From assembly GCA_963715985.1 (NCBI GenBank), contig CAVQSP010000017.1, forward strand, positions 1-64,000: a stretch of 64,000 nucleotides of DNA. The letters run 5' to 3'. This DNA comes from an uncultured Thermoleophilia bacterium (lineage in GTDB: Bacteria > Actinomycetota > Thermoleophilia > UBA2241). Under the pieces are notes generated by a model, which had not been told where the DNA came from, did not search any database, and saw only the letters and a list, made by a program, of their open reading frames with translations. This document shows positions 25,313-36,132 of this stretch, one piece after another. The stretch's first letter is position 1, and each line of letters opens with the position of its first letter. The translations under genes were made by a program, and so were the position numbers.

Positions 25313-26641
25313 ATGAGCGCGATCCACACCGCCACCACCAACGCCGCGCGCACGCTCGTCGACAGCACGTTCAGGTCACTCAGGATCCGCAACTACCGCC
25401 TGTGGTTCGTCGGCCAGGGCATCTCACAGTGTGGAACATGGATGCAGACGGTGGCCCAAGGCTGGCTCGTGCTGCAGTTGTCGGGCAGCGCGCTGGACCT
25501 GGGGATCGCTGTCGCCCTGCCGTTCCTGCCCGTGCTCCTGTTCGGGACGTGGGGCGGGTTGATCGCGGATCGCGCCGACAAGCGTAAGGTGCTGATCGCC
25601 TGCCAGATCGCGTTTCTTCTGCAGGCGACGCTTCTCGCCGCGATCGTGATCGCGGGCGTGACCCAGGTCTGGATGGTCTGGGCCCTGGCGTTCCTGATGG
25701 GACTGGTGCTGGTCGTGGATACGCCTACCCGTCTGAGCTTCGTGTCCGAGATGGTGGACTCAGACAACGTGGCGAACGCCGTCGGGCTGAACAGCGTCCT
25801 GATCACGCTGGCGCGCATCGTAGGTCCCGGGCTGGCCGGTGTTCTCATTGCCGTCGTCGGCTTGCCGCTGACATTCTCCCTGAACCCCATCCTGAAGTTG
25901 GCCGTCATCGTGAGCCTGCTCAGGATGCGCCCCGCGGACCTTCATCGGCAGCCGCCTGCCGGACGCGAACCCGGCCAGGTGGTCGCCGGTCTGCGCTACG
26001 CGTGGCGCGACCCGGGACTGCGGACCCCGCTCCTTCTCGTGGCCATCCTGGGCACGTTCTCCTACAACTTCACGGTGCTGCTCCCCTTGTTCGCCGTGGA
26101 TGTGCTGCATCAAGGCGGCGGTACCTATGGCGCGATGACCGCGGTGATGGGTGCGGGGGCGCTGATGGGGGCGCTGATCGCCGCGACCAGGCGCCGTCCC
26201 GGCGATCGCCTGCTTCTGTCGGCGGCGGTGATCCTGGGGGTCTCCAGCGTAGCCGTTGCCGCGTCGTCGACGCTGCCGGTCGCCCTTCTCGCCCTGCTGC
26301 CGCTGGGCGCGGCCGGCACGCTGTTCACGTCGGTCTCCGTGTCGGTGATCCAGCTGCGATCGGCCCTCGTCATGCGTGGACGCGTCATGGCGGTGGTCTC
26401 CGTCGTGTTCTACGGGTCCATGCCGATCAGCGGACCTCTCGGCGGCATGCTTGCGGCTCGCTTTGGTCCTGCGGCAGCACTGGCGTTCGGCGGCGCCGCA
26501 GCGCTCCTCGGGGCTGCGGGCGCGGCGATAGCGCTGCGCCGTTCTCGATCCTCGAGGCCGGCCCAGACGCCGCCGGTCGGCGACAGCGAGTGTCCCCCTG
26601 GCTTCCCACAGGCGGAGAGCCGCAGCAATCTGCCAATCTAG
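25313..26641 (+). CDS. MFS transporter
   Basis: FRSLRIRNYRLWFVGQGIS, GGLIADRADKR, multiple hydrophobic helices. Confidence 0.9.
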   Translation: MSAIHTATTNAARTLVDSTFRSLRIRNYRLWFVGQGISQCGTWMQTVAQGWLVLQLSGSALDLGIAVALPFLPVLLFGTWGGLIADRADKRKVLIACQIAFLLQATLLAAIVIAGVTQVWMVWALAFLMGLVLVVDTPTRLSFVSEMVDSDNVANAVGLNSVLITLARIVGPGLAGVLIAVVGLPLTFSLNPILKLAVIVSLLRMRPADLHRQPPAGREPGQVVAGLRYAWRDPGLRTPLLLVAILGTFSYNFTVLLPLFAVDVLHQGGGTYGAMTAVMGAGALMGALIAATRRRPGDRLLLSAAVILGVSSVAVAASSTLPVALLALLPLGAAGTLFTSVSVSVIQLRSALVMRGRVMAVVSVVFYGSMPISGPLGGMLAARFGPAAALAFGGAAALLGAAGAAIALRRSRSSRPAQTPPVGDSECPPGFPQAESRSNLPI

Positions 26642-26650
26642 GGAGTGAAC

Positions 26651-28649
26651 ATGGAAAGCACTACAGCGAAGCCCGTCAGTCCCGACGACTTCTTTCGTCT
26701 GGCGTTCATCCAGAGCGGCGCACCTGCGCGGGGACGGCGAGACGGTCGTGTACGCCCTGGCGTGCGTGGACGCGCCCGGATCGGCCGACGAGTTCGAGCG
26801 CGTCAACCTGTGGCTCGTCGACGCGACGACGCGCTCGCCGCGGCGGCTTACCGACGGCCGGTGGCGGGACGGCTCGCCCGCATGGTCGCCGGATGGAAGC
26901 TCGATCGCCTTCATCAGCGATCGATCCGGCACGCCCCAGCTCTGGATCATGTCCGCGGACGGTGACGGCGTTCGACAGCTCACGTGGGCCGATCACGGCG
27001 TCGGCGGCCGGCCGCTGTGGTCGCCGCGCGGCGACGTGATCGCCTGCTCGACCTGCCGCCGCCCCACGGACCTGACGAAGCCCTACCGCGTGCGGCGGGC
27101 CGTACCTTGGGCCGACGGTGTCGGGTTCGTCGACGACGCCATCAAGGGGATCATGATCGTCCCCTTGGCCGGCCGGTCGCCGTTCGTACTCGCTGAGGAT
27201 GATCTCAACTACGGGCTGCTGGCCTGGGCGCCGGATGGTTCGGAGTTGTACGCGAGCACGGGATTCGATCCGGACGACCGCATGCTCCGTATGGGCATCA
27301 CTGCGTTCGCCATGAGCGGCGAGCGACGCCTGATCCCAGGACAGTGGGAACGGCTGTCGTCCGGTGTGCTGAGCGCCGACGGTCGCTATCTCGTTTGCGT
27401 CGGTGCGCCCGCCTCGGACCAGCCCTTTGCCGCGGTGATGGGGTTGTGGCGCGTCGATGCGGAGGGACGCGAGGCGCTCCTGCCGCTCTCATCTGGAATC
27501 CGGGGGACCGCAGGCGGACTTCTCCAGTGTGACATGCCCTGCCTTGACGAGGCATGGACTTCTCCGGCCCTGCTGCTGAGTGGCGACGGTCTTTCGGTGT
27601 ACTGCCAGGTGGAGATCGGTGGGACGGTCCAGATCTGGCGATTCGCGGTGAATGGAGACATGCCCGCTGAGCCCGTGGTGGCTGGGGACAGGACATGCGT
27701 TCCCATCAACGCCGCCAGCGGGCGTCTTCTCATCGGCGTGAGCACGCTGAACGACCCGCTTGAGCTCTCTGTGGTCGACATGGCGAGCAGGGACGAGAAG
27801 CAGATCACGACCGTCAACGGCGACGTCCTGCGCACACTGATCCAGCCGGCGGTAGAGACGCTTCAGTTCGCGAGTGTCGATGGCACTGCCGTGGAGGGCT
27901 GGTTCCTTCGGCCGCCTACGGGCGAACCTCCCTACCCGACCGTTCTCTACATCCACGGTGGCCCGGCGACCGGGTTCGGGCACATCTACTCGTTCGACTT
28001 CCAGATGCTGGCGGCAGCCGGCATGGCAGTGCTTGCCGTCAATCAACGCGGTTCGTTGGGCTATGGCGCCGAGTTCAGCAGCCGGATCGTCGGCGACTGG
28101 GGCAATCTGGACGCGTTCGACTTGCTGGCGGGACTGGACGAAGCGGTGTCCGCGGGTCTCGCCGACCCAGAGAGACTCGGCAGCTGCGGACTCTCCGGCG
28201 GCGGCTATCTCACGTGTTGGCTGGTCTCCAACAGCCGGCGGTTCCGGGCCGCGGTTGCCGAGAACCCGGTGACCAACTTCGTCAGCCTGCACGGCATTTC
28301 GGATGTCGGGCCCAAGTTCGTGAGTCAATGGCTGGGAGGCGCCCCGTGGGAACTGCCGGACGTATTCCGGCGTAGTTCGCCGATCCACGCTGCTCACCAG
28401 TGCACCACCCCCACGCTCCTGCTTGTCGGCGAATCCGATCACAGGTGCCCTCCGGAGCAGGCCGAGCAGTTCTACGGTGTTCTCAAGTCGGTGGGATGCG
28501 TGGTCGAAATGGTGCGCTTCCCCGGCGCCAGTCACGATGGTTCGGCCTACGGTGACCTGGCGACGCGTCGGGCCCAGAACGAGGCGCTCGTCGGTTGGAT
28601 GCGCCGGTACCTGCTGGAGGACGGAGCCGTTGCGACGGACCAGGCGTGA
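26651..28649 (+). CDS. S9 family (acylaminoacyl) peptidase with beta-propeller, frameshifted
   Basis: PAWSPDG repeats, IHGGP, GLSGGG nucleophile, GESDHRCP, FPGASH. Confidence 0.9.
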
Positions 28650-29360
28650 ACTCAGCCCTGCCGGCGTGGATCGGCTTCTGAGATCGCGCGGAGTCGATGC
28701 GTGGGGCGTGGCCTCGAACGAGCCGCGGCTCCCGCTCGCTCCTCCGCTGCCGCGCGCCGTCTCGCTGCTCATGCGACCGACGGACGCGGAGATGCAGGGC
28801 GTCGAGGCGGGTCCCACCCCGCGCTACTACCCGGCTACCGGCGTTTGAACGCGGCTCTGGCTGAGGCGTCGCATGCGCTGGCGGAGGCTCTCCTCGGAGC
28901 CGGGTTCGCCTGCGAGGTCGTCGCGCCCACCGGCACCACGACAGGTGATCGACTCGCCGCCGGCACGTTTGCGCACAAGACCGCGGCCACTCAGGCTGGC
29001 CTCGGCTGGATCGGGAAGACTGCCCTGCTGGTCTCGCCGGAATTCGGCCCGCGCATTCGGTTGGCGACCATCTTCACCGACATGCCGCTCGCTCCGGGCG
29101 CGCCCACCGTCGTCGGCAGATGTGGAAAGTGCCGCGCCTGCGTGGATGCATGTCCCGCCGGCGCCGGCCGGGACGTTCGGTGGCAGGCAGGGATGTCGCG
29201 AGACGAGCTGCTCGATGCTCGAGCCTGCATGGAGTCGGACTCGAGGGTGACGGATTGGCCGGTGGAGCCTCCAGACTTCGCGGGCTGCGTGTGCGGCATC
29301 TGCGTCGCGGTGTGTCCGTTCGGCCGAGCGGCGGATCACCGAGGGGCGTCTCGCCCTTAG
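28630..29360 (+). CDS. Epoxyqueuosine reductase/reductive-dehalogenase-like 4Fe-4S double-cluster protein, frameshifted
   Basis: FAHKTAATQAGLGWIGKTALLVSPEFGPRIRLATIFTD, CGKCRACVDACP, CGICVAVCPFG. Confidence 0.8.
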
Positions 29361-29433
29361 CTTGCCGGCGCGGCCACAAGCGCTGCATCGAGCTTGGCCG
29401 CCGCCTTCTTATGCATGTGCGGGGCGACGTGCA
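29357..29433 (-). pseudogene. Probable C-terminal tail of a tyrosine integrase
   Basis: HVAPHMHKKAAAKLDAALVAAPAS* resembles the YSHVLPxMQxxAAxxLDxxL tail that follows the catalytic Tyr. Confidence 0.5.
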
Positions 29434-29669
29434 CGAGCCAAGGCCGTTGCCGGCCTCGACGAGGTGACGCGGGCCGCGCTCGAGGCAGCCGAGGAGCGCG
29501 TCCTCGAGGATGCCCGTCCGACTCGCGGCAACGTCGTCGCGCTCTCAAGTCGCCGCCGCTGACGTCTTACACTCCTCTGACATTGCTCTGACCGCATGCC
29601 GACCCTGCGTGTCGAGACTTGGTGCTGTTGTTAGCATGGCGGACGGGGATTCGACCGACGGGGGCAAAG

Positions 29670-30335
29670 GTGGCCACGGTACTTGTGATCGAGGACGAGC
29701 GGCACATCGCCGACATCGTCCGCATCGCCCTGGAGCGCGACGGGCATCGCGCCATCTGCGTCCGCACCGGCGAGGAGGGCCTCGCCGAGCTGCCCCGCCA
29801 TCAGATCGCGCTCGTCGTCCTCGACATCGGCCTCCCCGGCATCGACGGCATCGAGGTCTGTCGACGGATTCGCAGCGTCTCTCAATTGCCGCTGATCATG
29901 CTCACCGCCCGCGACGAGGAGTCCGACCGCGTCGCCGGCCTCGAGCTCGGGGCCGACGACTACGTCTCCAAGCCGTTCAGCCCGCGGGAGCTCGCGGCCC
30001 GCGTGAAGGCGGTGCTGCGACGCACCGGTGCCCGCCCGGCCGAGGCCGCCGTCCAGATCGGTGACGTGGCGCTCAGCCGTGCCCGTCACGACGTCACCGT
30101 CGCCGATGAGCCGGTCGCCCTGACAGCCACCGAGTTCGAGCTGCTGGCGTTCCTCATGGAGAACCCGGGCCTCCTGTTCAGCCGCGAGGCCCTGCTCGAG
30201 CGCGTCTGGGGGCTTGAGTTTCCCGGCGGCACGCGCACGGTGGATCAGCACGTCGCCCAGGTGCGAGCCAAGCTCGGCCGGCCGGCGCTCATCGAGACCA
30301 TCCGCGGCGCCGGCTACCGCGCGCGGAAGGCCTGA
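29670..30335 (+). CDS. OmpR-family response regulator
   Basis: VIEDE, LDIGLPGIDG, MLTARD, GADDYVSKPF, LTATEFELL, RTVDQHV, TIRGAGY. Confidence 0.95.
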   Translation: MATVLVIEDERHIADIVRIALERDGHRAICVRTGEEGLAELPRHQIALVVLDIGLPGIDGIEVCRRIRSVSQLPLIMLTARDEESDRVAGLELGADDYVSKPFSPRELAARVKAVLRRTGARPAEAAVQIGDVALSRARHDVTVADEPVALTATEFELLAFLMENPGLLFSREALLERVWGLEFPGGTRTVDQHVAQVRAKLGRPALIETIRGAGYRARKA

Positions 30336-30338
30336 GCC

Positions 30339-32246
30339 ATGCCCTGGCTCGGGTTCCTCATCTTGCTTGCGGTCGCCGGCATCGCCGTCTATCTCCTCGT
30401 CTTGACCCTGCGCCCTCGCGTCCGTGGCTTCCGCCAGGGCCCGCGCGGTGATGACCACGCGGAACGGCCGACCCTGCGCAGCGTCCTCTTCGGCACCGTC
30501 CTCCTCACGCTGCTCGTGTTCTTCCTCCTCGGGACCGCGCTTCTCGCACACAGCCAGCGGGATCAGCAATGGCCCGTGAGCGAGGGCATGGCCCAGCTGA
30601 GGGTCGCACAGAACAATGGCGCTACCTGGCTTGACCAGGAGGCGCAGACCGCGATCGAAGCGGCGCTGCGGAAGGGCGTTGGCGGGAACCCCGGCGTTGA
30701 GGGTAGCCTCAACCTCACCGCGTCGGGCGTGGTGGCGGGCAGTCCCCTGTCCCCCTCCGCCAGCGCCACGCTGCAACGCCAGGGCTGGGTCGTCGGCAAT
30801 GCCCGGATCACTGGCGAGGAGCAGCACTTCGTCGCCTGGCGGACGACGAAGAATGACGCCATCTTTTACTACTACGTCGTGCCGGCGTGGTACTGGAGCT
30901 TGCTTCAGTACCTGTGGACGCTCGCGCTCGGCGTCGCCATCCTGTCTCCGTTCGCCGCCGTTGCGGCCTGGTACCTGAACAGGCGGATCGTGAAGCCGGT
31001 GCAGCAAGTCGCAGAGGCCAGCGTCGTCCTGGCGGAGGGGGGCCAGCCGATGCCGATCCCGACGAAGGCGCCCCGTGAGCTCTCCGTCCTCGCCGGCTCC
31101 TTCAACGACATGGCCGTGAGGCTTCGCCGGGCGCAGGACACCGAGCGCGACTTCCTCCTCTCTGTCGGCCACGAGCTCAAGACGCCGCTCACTGCCATCG
31201 ACGGCTATGCTGAGCTGCTCGCGGATGGGGCTGTGGAGCCCCGACAGGCGGCCGAGGTTCTGGGCCTCGAGTCGGCTCGTCTGCGCCGCCTGATTGGCGA
31301 CCTGCTCGACCTGGCGCGCATCGGCCGCTCCGAGTTCAGCGTGCTCGACGAGCCGGTCGACCTCGCCGTGACCGCCGCTGAAGTGACGGAGCGCTTCGAG
31401 ACCCTCGCGACCACGCTGGGCGTCACGCTCCAGATCGATGCCCCCGAGCCGGCCCTGGGCCGTGGTGACGGCGGCCGCCTCCTCCAGGTCGCCTCGAACC
31501 TCGTCGAGAACGCGCTGCGCGTCACGCCGGGCGGCGGCCAGGTGCGCGTTGTCGCCCGGCCCGGCCTGCTGGAAGTGAGCGACACCGGTCCGGGGCTGGA
31601 CGCTGATGACCTCGAGCATGCCTTCGAGCGCTTCTACTTGCATCGCAAGTACAGCGGACCTGAGGTCGGATCCGGCCTAGGCCTCGCCATCGTCAAGAAT
31701 CTGGTGGAGGCCATGGGCGGCAGCGTCGACGTGGTCAGCGAACCGGGAACGGGCAGCACCTTCCGGGTGCGGCTGAGAGCTGCGAACACCGAGCTGCTTC
31801 CGGAGGGAAGGAGCGCCATGAGCCAAGCGCATTCAGAGATCCCGCTGTCGCCGGCCCTGAGGAGCGAAGCCGGCCACGCTTGGGCTTGGTTCGCAGTCTG
31901 GCTCGTCGTCGGCGGGGCGCTTGCCTTCTCCATCGTGGACGGCCTGGCCTTCGGCCTTGTCGTGCTCCCTTTCGCCGTCGCCGCTATGGTGCTGCTCATC
32001 GTGCGCCACCACTTCGATCGCTCCGCCTGGGGTCTGCTGTGCGGAACCGCGCTCTTGTCGCTCTACGTCGCCTATGTGCAGCGCAAAGGACCGGGCACAG
32101 TGTCCTGGCACACGGCCACGGCGAGTGGCTCGAGCACCTACATGGACCCCCGCCCCTGGCTGGTCGCCGGCTTGCTGCTCATTGTGGTCGGCGTCGCTGC
32201 CTTTCTCTGGCGCGGGCGCAGCGTTAGCGACAACGCAGCGAGGTAG
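30339..32246 (+). CDS. HAMP sensor histidine kinase, in-frame with a C-terminal small membrane protein (own start at 31818)
   Basis: HELKTPLT, NLVENALR, DTGPG, FERFY, GSGLGLAIVK; extension begins AAGGAG...ATG MSQAHSEI. Confidence 0.9.
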   Translation: MPWLGFLILLAVAGIAVYLLVLTLRPRVRGFRQGPRGDDHAERPTLRSVLFGTVLLTLLVFFLLGTALLAHSQRDQQWPVSEGMAQLRVAQNNGATWLDQEAQTAIEAALRKGVGGNPGVEGSLNLTASGVVAGSPLSPSASATLQRQGWVVGNARITGEEQHFVAWRTTKNDAIFYYYVVPAWYWSLLQYLWTLALGVAILSPFAAVAAWYLNRRIVKPVQQVAEASVVLAEGGQPMPIPTKAPRELSVLAGSFNDMAVRLRRAQDTERDFLLSVGHELKTPLTAIDGYAELLADGAVEPRQAAEVLGLESARLRRLIGDLLDLARIGRSEFSVLDEPVDLAVTAAEVTERFETLATTLGVTLQIDAPEPALGRGDGGRLLQVASNLVENALRVTPGGGQVRVVARPGLLEVSDTGPGLDADDLEHAFERFYLHRKYSGPEVGSGLGLAIVKNLVEAMGGSVDVVSEPGTGSTFRVRLRAANTELLPEGRSAMSQAHSEIPLSPALRSEAGHAWAWFAVWLVVGGALAFSIVDGLAFGLVVLPFAVAAMVLLIVRHHFDRSAWGLLCGTALLSLYVAYVQRKGPGTVSWHTATASGSSTYMDPRPWLVAGLLLIVVGVAAFLWRGRSVSDNAAR

Positions 32247-32362
32247 TAAGTCCAAGCGGAGTGATTCCGATGGAGGCGTGACCGAGCCTCTCAGAGAAGA
32301 CCTCTAGGTGCACGCCGGTACACACCAGCATCGTGGCATGGTCGTGGCACAGGTCACGGGCG
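32245..32362 (-). pseudogene. Tyrosine recombinase/integrase relic (catalytic box II)
   Basis: RDLCHDHATMLVCTGVHLEVFSERLGHASIGIT, a decayed HDLRHTHAT...GVHPKVVSERLGHASIxITLDxY motif. Confidence 0.75.
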
Positions 32363-32386
32363 ACGCTCAGAGTGAGTCCGGCTCGT

Positions 32387-32406
32387 CGGCAAACGCCCGG
32401 CAAACG
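32387..32406. repeat. 11-bp-period direct repeat CGGCAAACG-CC-CGGCAAACG (candidate integrase arm site)
   Basis: Lies between the integrase relic and tRNA fragment C. Confidence 0.45.
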
Positions 32407-32524
32407 AACGCAACGCCACTCCGCAGTCCTCACCATCACTTGCTGACACTCCGGCCCTGCTCCCCACGCTCAGGATGGCATTCAGCGGCACTTCGCGGTA
32501 CCTCCTAACACATTAGTGGACGCG

Positions 32525-32569
32525 TTTGCACGGCGGAGGTCAGGGGTTCGACTCCCCTGCGGTCCACCA
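32525..32569 (+). repeat. tRNA-Ala 3' half from anticodon loop to CCA (att-like, copy C)
   Basis: TTTGCACGGCGGAGGTCAGGGGTTCGACTCCCCTGCGGTCCACCA; no 5' half upstream. Confidence 0.9.
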
Positions 32570-32710
32570 CTGATTCTCAAGGAAATCGTCGCCTGTAAGC
32601 CCCCCGCGCGACCCGCGTACCCGCCGTCTGCCACCATTCTGCAACCCAGAACCGTGCGTAGGGTTGGCGTGCTTGGACGTGCGCCTGGATGGCACGCATT
32701 GGGACGCCTT

Positions 32711-32935
32711 GGGACGAAACGGGACTACTCCCCCACCTGGCGGGTATCGCCAAGAGACACGCGACTCCTGACATGAGCGATGCTCAACACGGGAGGCTCT
32801 GGTCCGCCGGCGGCACGTTGCGGCCACCGCAGTCCGGCGGGGAGCCACCGGCAGGCTGGTCCGCTGGCCGGTCTTCGTTCTTGCCGGGACCGGGCCCTAT
32901 GGGGCCGAGGGGCCAGAGGGACAGAAGGGGGTGCC
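32711..32935 (+). repeat. Conserved structured leader of about 225 bp, copy 1
   Basis: Aligns with 35904-36127 (GGGACGAAACGGGACTACTCCCCC...GGGGAGCCAC...GAAGGGGG). Confidence 0.85.
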
Positions 32936-33260
32936 GCTTGGGAGAGCCCATCGCGTCAACCTGATGAGCCGTGTCCCTGCGGCACACCGCTCGTGGCCCG
33001 CCTGCGGTGGCAAGCCGGCTCGTGCTGCCCGCGTCGCCCTCGACGGCCGCTGTCGACGATGCCCAGCCTCCCGGCACCGCGCCCTTGGAGAAGGCCGAAA
33101 GCTGCGGTCTGGCGCCGAGCAGAGCGAGAGAGGACAGCACGACACGCGAGCCGGCGGCGCCCTTGGCCGAGCGTTCCCGATCATCGCGCCATCGCTGCCC
33201 AGGCTTCTGAGAGCCGCTCGCGACGAATCATGTGGGAGCCATGCAGAAGGGGGAGACGAC

Positions 33261-35485
33261 ATGAAGAAGCCAAGCGAGAAGCCGAGCCTGCTGACGGTGC
33301 TGGCATTGGCGCTGGCTGCGGCGCTGCTGGTACTCGCCATCGCGGCGCCGCGGGCGGCCGCGGGTCCGGAACTCCGCGCGGCGCCGCTGAATCCGGCCTT
33401 CCTGCGGTCCCTGGTCAGTCCGCCCGTCGGTGCGCCGTGGAGCGCAGCCGGCGGCCACGGCTTCGGCGAAACGCCCGGCCCGCAGGACATGTCCTACACC
33501 CGCGGGATGCAGGTGTCCGGCGCGAGCGAGCTCGGGACGCCGCCGGCGACCTACGACCTGCGCACGCTGGGCAGGGTCACCACGGTGAAGGACCAGGACC
33601 CGCACGGCACCTGCTGGGCGTTCGCCTCATTGGGCTCGCTTGAGTCCTGCCTCCTGCCCGGCGAGACCTCGGACTTCTCCGAGGACAACATGATCCTCCA
33701 GAGCGGCTTTGACGCCGGTGGTGACCCCTATGAGCACGGCGGCCAGCTCTGGAAGGCCACCGCCTACCTGGTCCGTTGGGGCGGCCCTGTGAACGAGAGC
33801 GAGGACGCCTATGGGGACCGCACTACGCCGCCAGGCCTGACCCCGCGCAAGCATGTGCAGGAGGTCGCCTGGATCCCCCTTCGTGGCTCGGCGCTCGACA
33901 ACGACAATGTCAAGAACGCGATCATGCGGTACGGCGGCGTCCATGTCTCGATGAGCTGGCCCGGCAGCACCGCGGGCGACTCCTCCTACAACCCTGCGAC
34001 GGCGAGCTACTACTACAACGGCAGCTCGGGCATCGACCACTCAGTCCTCATCGTCGGCTGGGACGACAACTACTCGGCCGCCAACTTCGCCACCACGCCG
34101 CCGGGCAACGGTGCCTTCATCGTCAAGAACAGCTGGGGCGCAGGGTGGGGCAGCAACGGCTACTTCTACGCCTCCTACTACGATTCCAGGTTCGGCCGCG
34201 AACAGCTCATGGCCGTGTACAACAGCGCGGAGCCCACCAGCAACTACACCGGCATCTACCAGTACGACCCCCTGGGTGACTGCAGCGAGATAGGGTATTC
34301 GAGCTCCACCGGGTGGTTCGCCAACGTCTTCACCGCCCAGACGACTGCAAGCCTGAGCGCCGTCGGCTTCTACACCCTGTCTCCGGGCACGAGCTATGAG
34401 GTCTACTCCGGCGCCAGCCTCGCGACCAAGACGCTGCGCACGAGCGGCACGCTGGCCTACATGGGCTACCACACCGTGACCCTGCCCTCAGCGGTGGGCA
34501 TCACCGACGGCCAGTCCTTCGTCGTCGCCGTGAAGGTCACGTCGCCCGGAACGACCTATCCGATCGCCTTTGAAGTCCCGATCGCCGGCTACGACTCCAG
34601 TGCCGCCACGGCGCAAGCCGGGCAGAGCTACGTGAGCTCGACCGGCTCGACGCTGGACGGACCTGACGACCCGCCACAGCAATGCCAACGTCTGCCTCAA
34701 GGCGTACACGACCGGGTCGGGCCCGCCCCGACGCCCACGCCCACGCCGACACCCACGCCCACGCCGACACCCACGCCGACCCCACGCCGACGCCCACGCC
34801 CACGCCGACGCCCACGCCGACGCCGGGCAGCGACGACGACATTCCCGGAGTGGCCATCCCATCGTCGCCGTTCACCGGGACCGTCTCCCGGGACGCTGAC
34901 CTGGACGACGTCTACGAACTCACGCTCAACAGCGGACAGACGCTGGAAGCGAGTATCAAAGGGCCCGCCGGCAGTGATCTTCGTCTCTATCTGTACGCGC
35001 CCGGCTCGGCGAGCGTCAAAGACCCAGACACGCCCTACGTGGCGGTGGCCCACGGCGCTTATCCCTGCAGCTTCACGTACAAGGCCACCCAGAGCGGCGC
35101 CTACTACCTCGACGTCTACGACTACGCGGGCGCGGGAGGCTACACGGTGACCTACTCCGTCACCTCGCCCACGCCCGGCGACACTGTCGGTCCCGTGTGT
35201 GCCGCGAAGAACGTCATCGTCAAGCGCGGCAAGACCTGCAAGATCTACTTCAAGGTGCGTGACGCGCTCAGCATGCTGGTGACGACTCATGTCGCCATCA
35301 CCACCGACTCCGGGATCGTCAAGAAGAGCTGGTCGTGGGGCTACGGCGTGAACTCCGTCGACTGGCGGTGGGCCAACTACACCTGCCGACTCGCCAAAGG
35401 CACCTACCACATCGTCGTCACGGGTGAGGACCTCGCCGGCAACAGGGCCAGCGTGGTCGGACGGGCCACGCTGAGGGTGAGGTAG
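33261..35485 (+). CDS. Secreted papain-family (C1) cysteine peptidase with lectin-like domain, Pro-Thr linker and PPC-like domain, frameshifted
   Basis: Signal peptide; KDQDPHGTCWAF (Gln/Cys), IDHSVLIVGWDD (His), IVKNSWG (Asn), IYQYDPLG lectin-like start. Confidence 0.9.
34725..34825 (+). repeat. Tandem repeat encoding a (Pro-Thr)n linker
   Basis: CCGACG/CCCACG units. Confidence 0.85.
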
Positions 35486-35903
35486 GGGACGTGCGCCAAG
35501 GCGGGCGGGGCAGACGCAGGGGTCGCCCGCCCGGGGCGGAGGTGGGGGGTCTTCGAGAGTCGGGTCACCGGCCCTTGGGGAACGGCCCGGGTCGCCCCTG
35601 CCGAGCACATGAGCGAGATTCGTGTGACGCGAGTGCCGCGCACGAAGCCGGTGACTGACGCCCACGGATCCCCCCGAGGGACTCGGAGATGGTTCTCGCC
35701 AGCCACCAGGCCGAGCTCACCCAGGGTAGGGCGAGGGGCGCCGCCGATCACGAGGTGCGCGTCAACACGGGCAGCACGCTGCTGCTCGAGAAGACCGTCC
35801 TCACGAAGCGCTCGTGGAAGAGCAGCGCGGCGCTGCCCACGAACGTCGCTCTCCTGGAGGGTGCGGGCCGGAAACGTCGCCGGCGATGCCGGGGGGTCTC
35901 GTG

Positions 35904-36127
35904 GGGACGAAACGGGACTACTCCCCCGCCTGCCGGGTATCGCCAAGAGATACGAGATTCCTGACATGAGCGGCGCTCAGTACGGGAGGCTCTGATCCGC
36001 CGCCGGCACTTTGCGGCCACCTTCATCCGGCGGGGAGCCACTGGTGAGGCCCGCGGGCGGGCCGGTCTTCGTGCCTTCCAGGACCGACAGCCCGGGGGGC
36101 CAAGGGGCAGCTGAGGAAGGGGGCTGC
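35904..36127 (+). repeat. Conserved structured leader, copy 2, ending in the RBS of the SRPBCC gene
   Basis: Homologous to 32711-32935; ends AGGAAGGGGG just before ATG 36133. Confidence 0.85.
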
Positions 36128-36132
36128 GCGGG

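Noticed and set aside
32711-32790. Hammerhead ribozyme in the leader repeat (CGAAAC followed by a hairpin)
   Set aside because: No GUH cleavage triplet closing stem III and no CUGANGA core (CTGACATGA does not fit)
34725-34825. Short tandem repeats as a CRISPR array
   Set aside because: Coding Pro-Thr linker with no spacers; no cas genes in the window
35689-35900. Coding-like stretch (EVRVNTGSTLLLEKTVLTKRSWKSSAALPTNVALLEG) before leader copy 2
   Set aside because: Probably a gene remnant, but I cannot assign a family or boundaries
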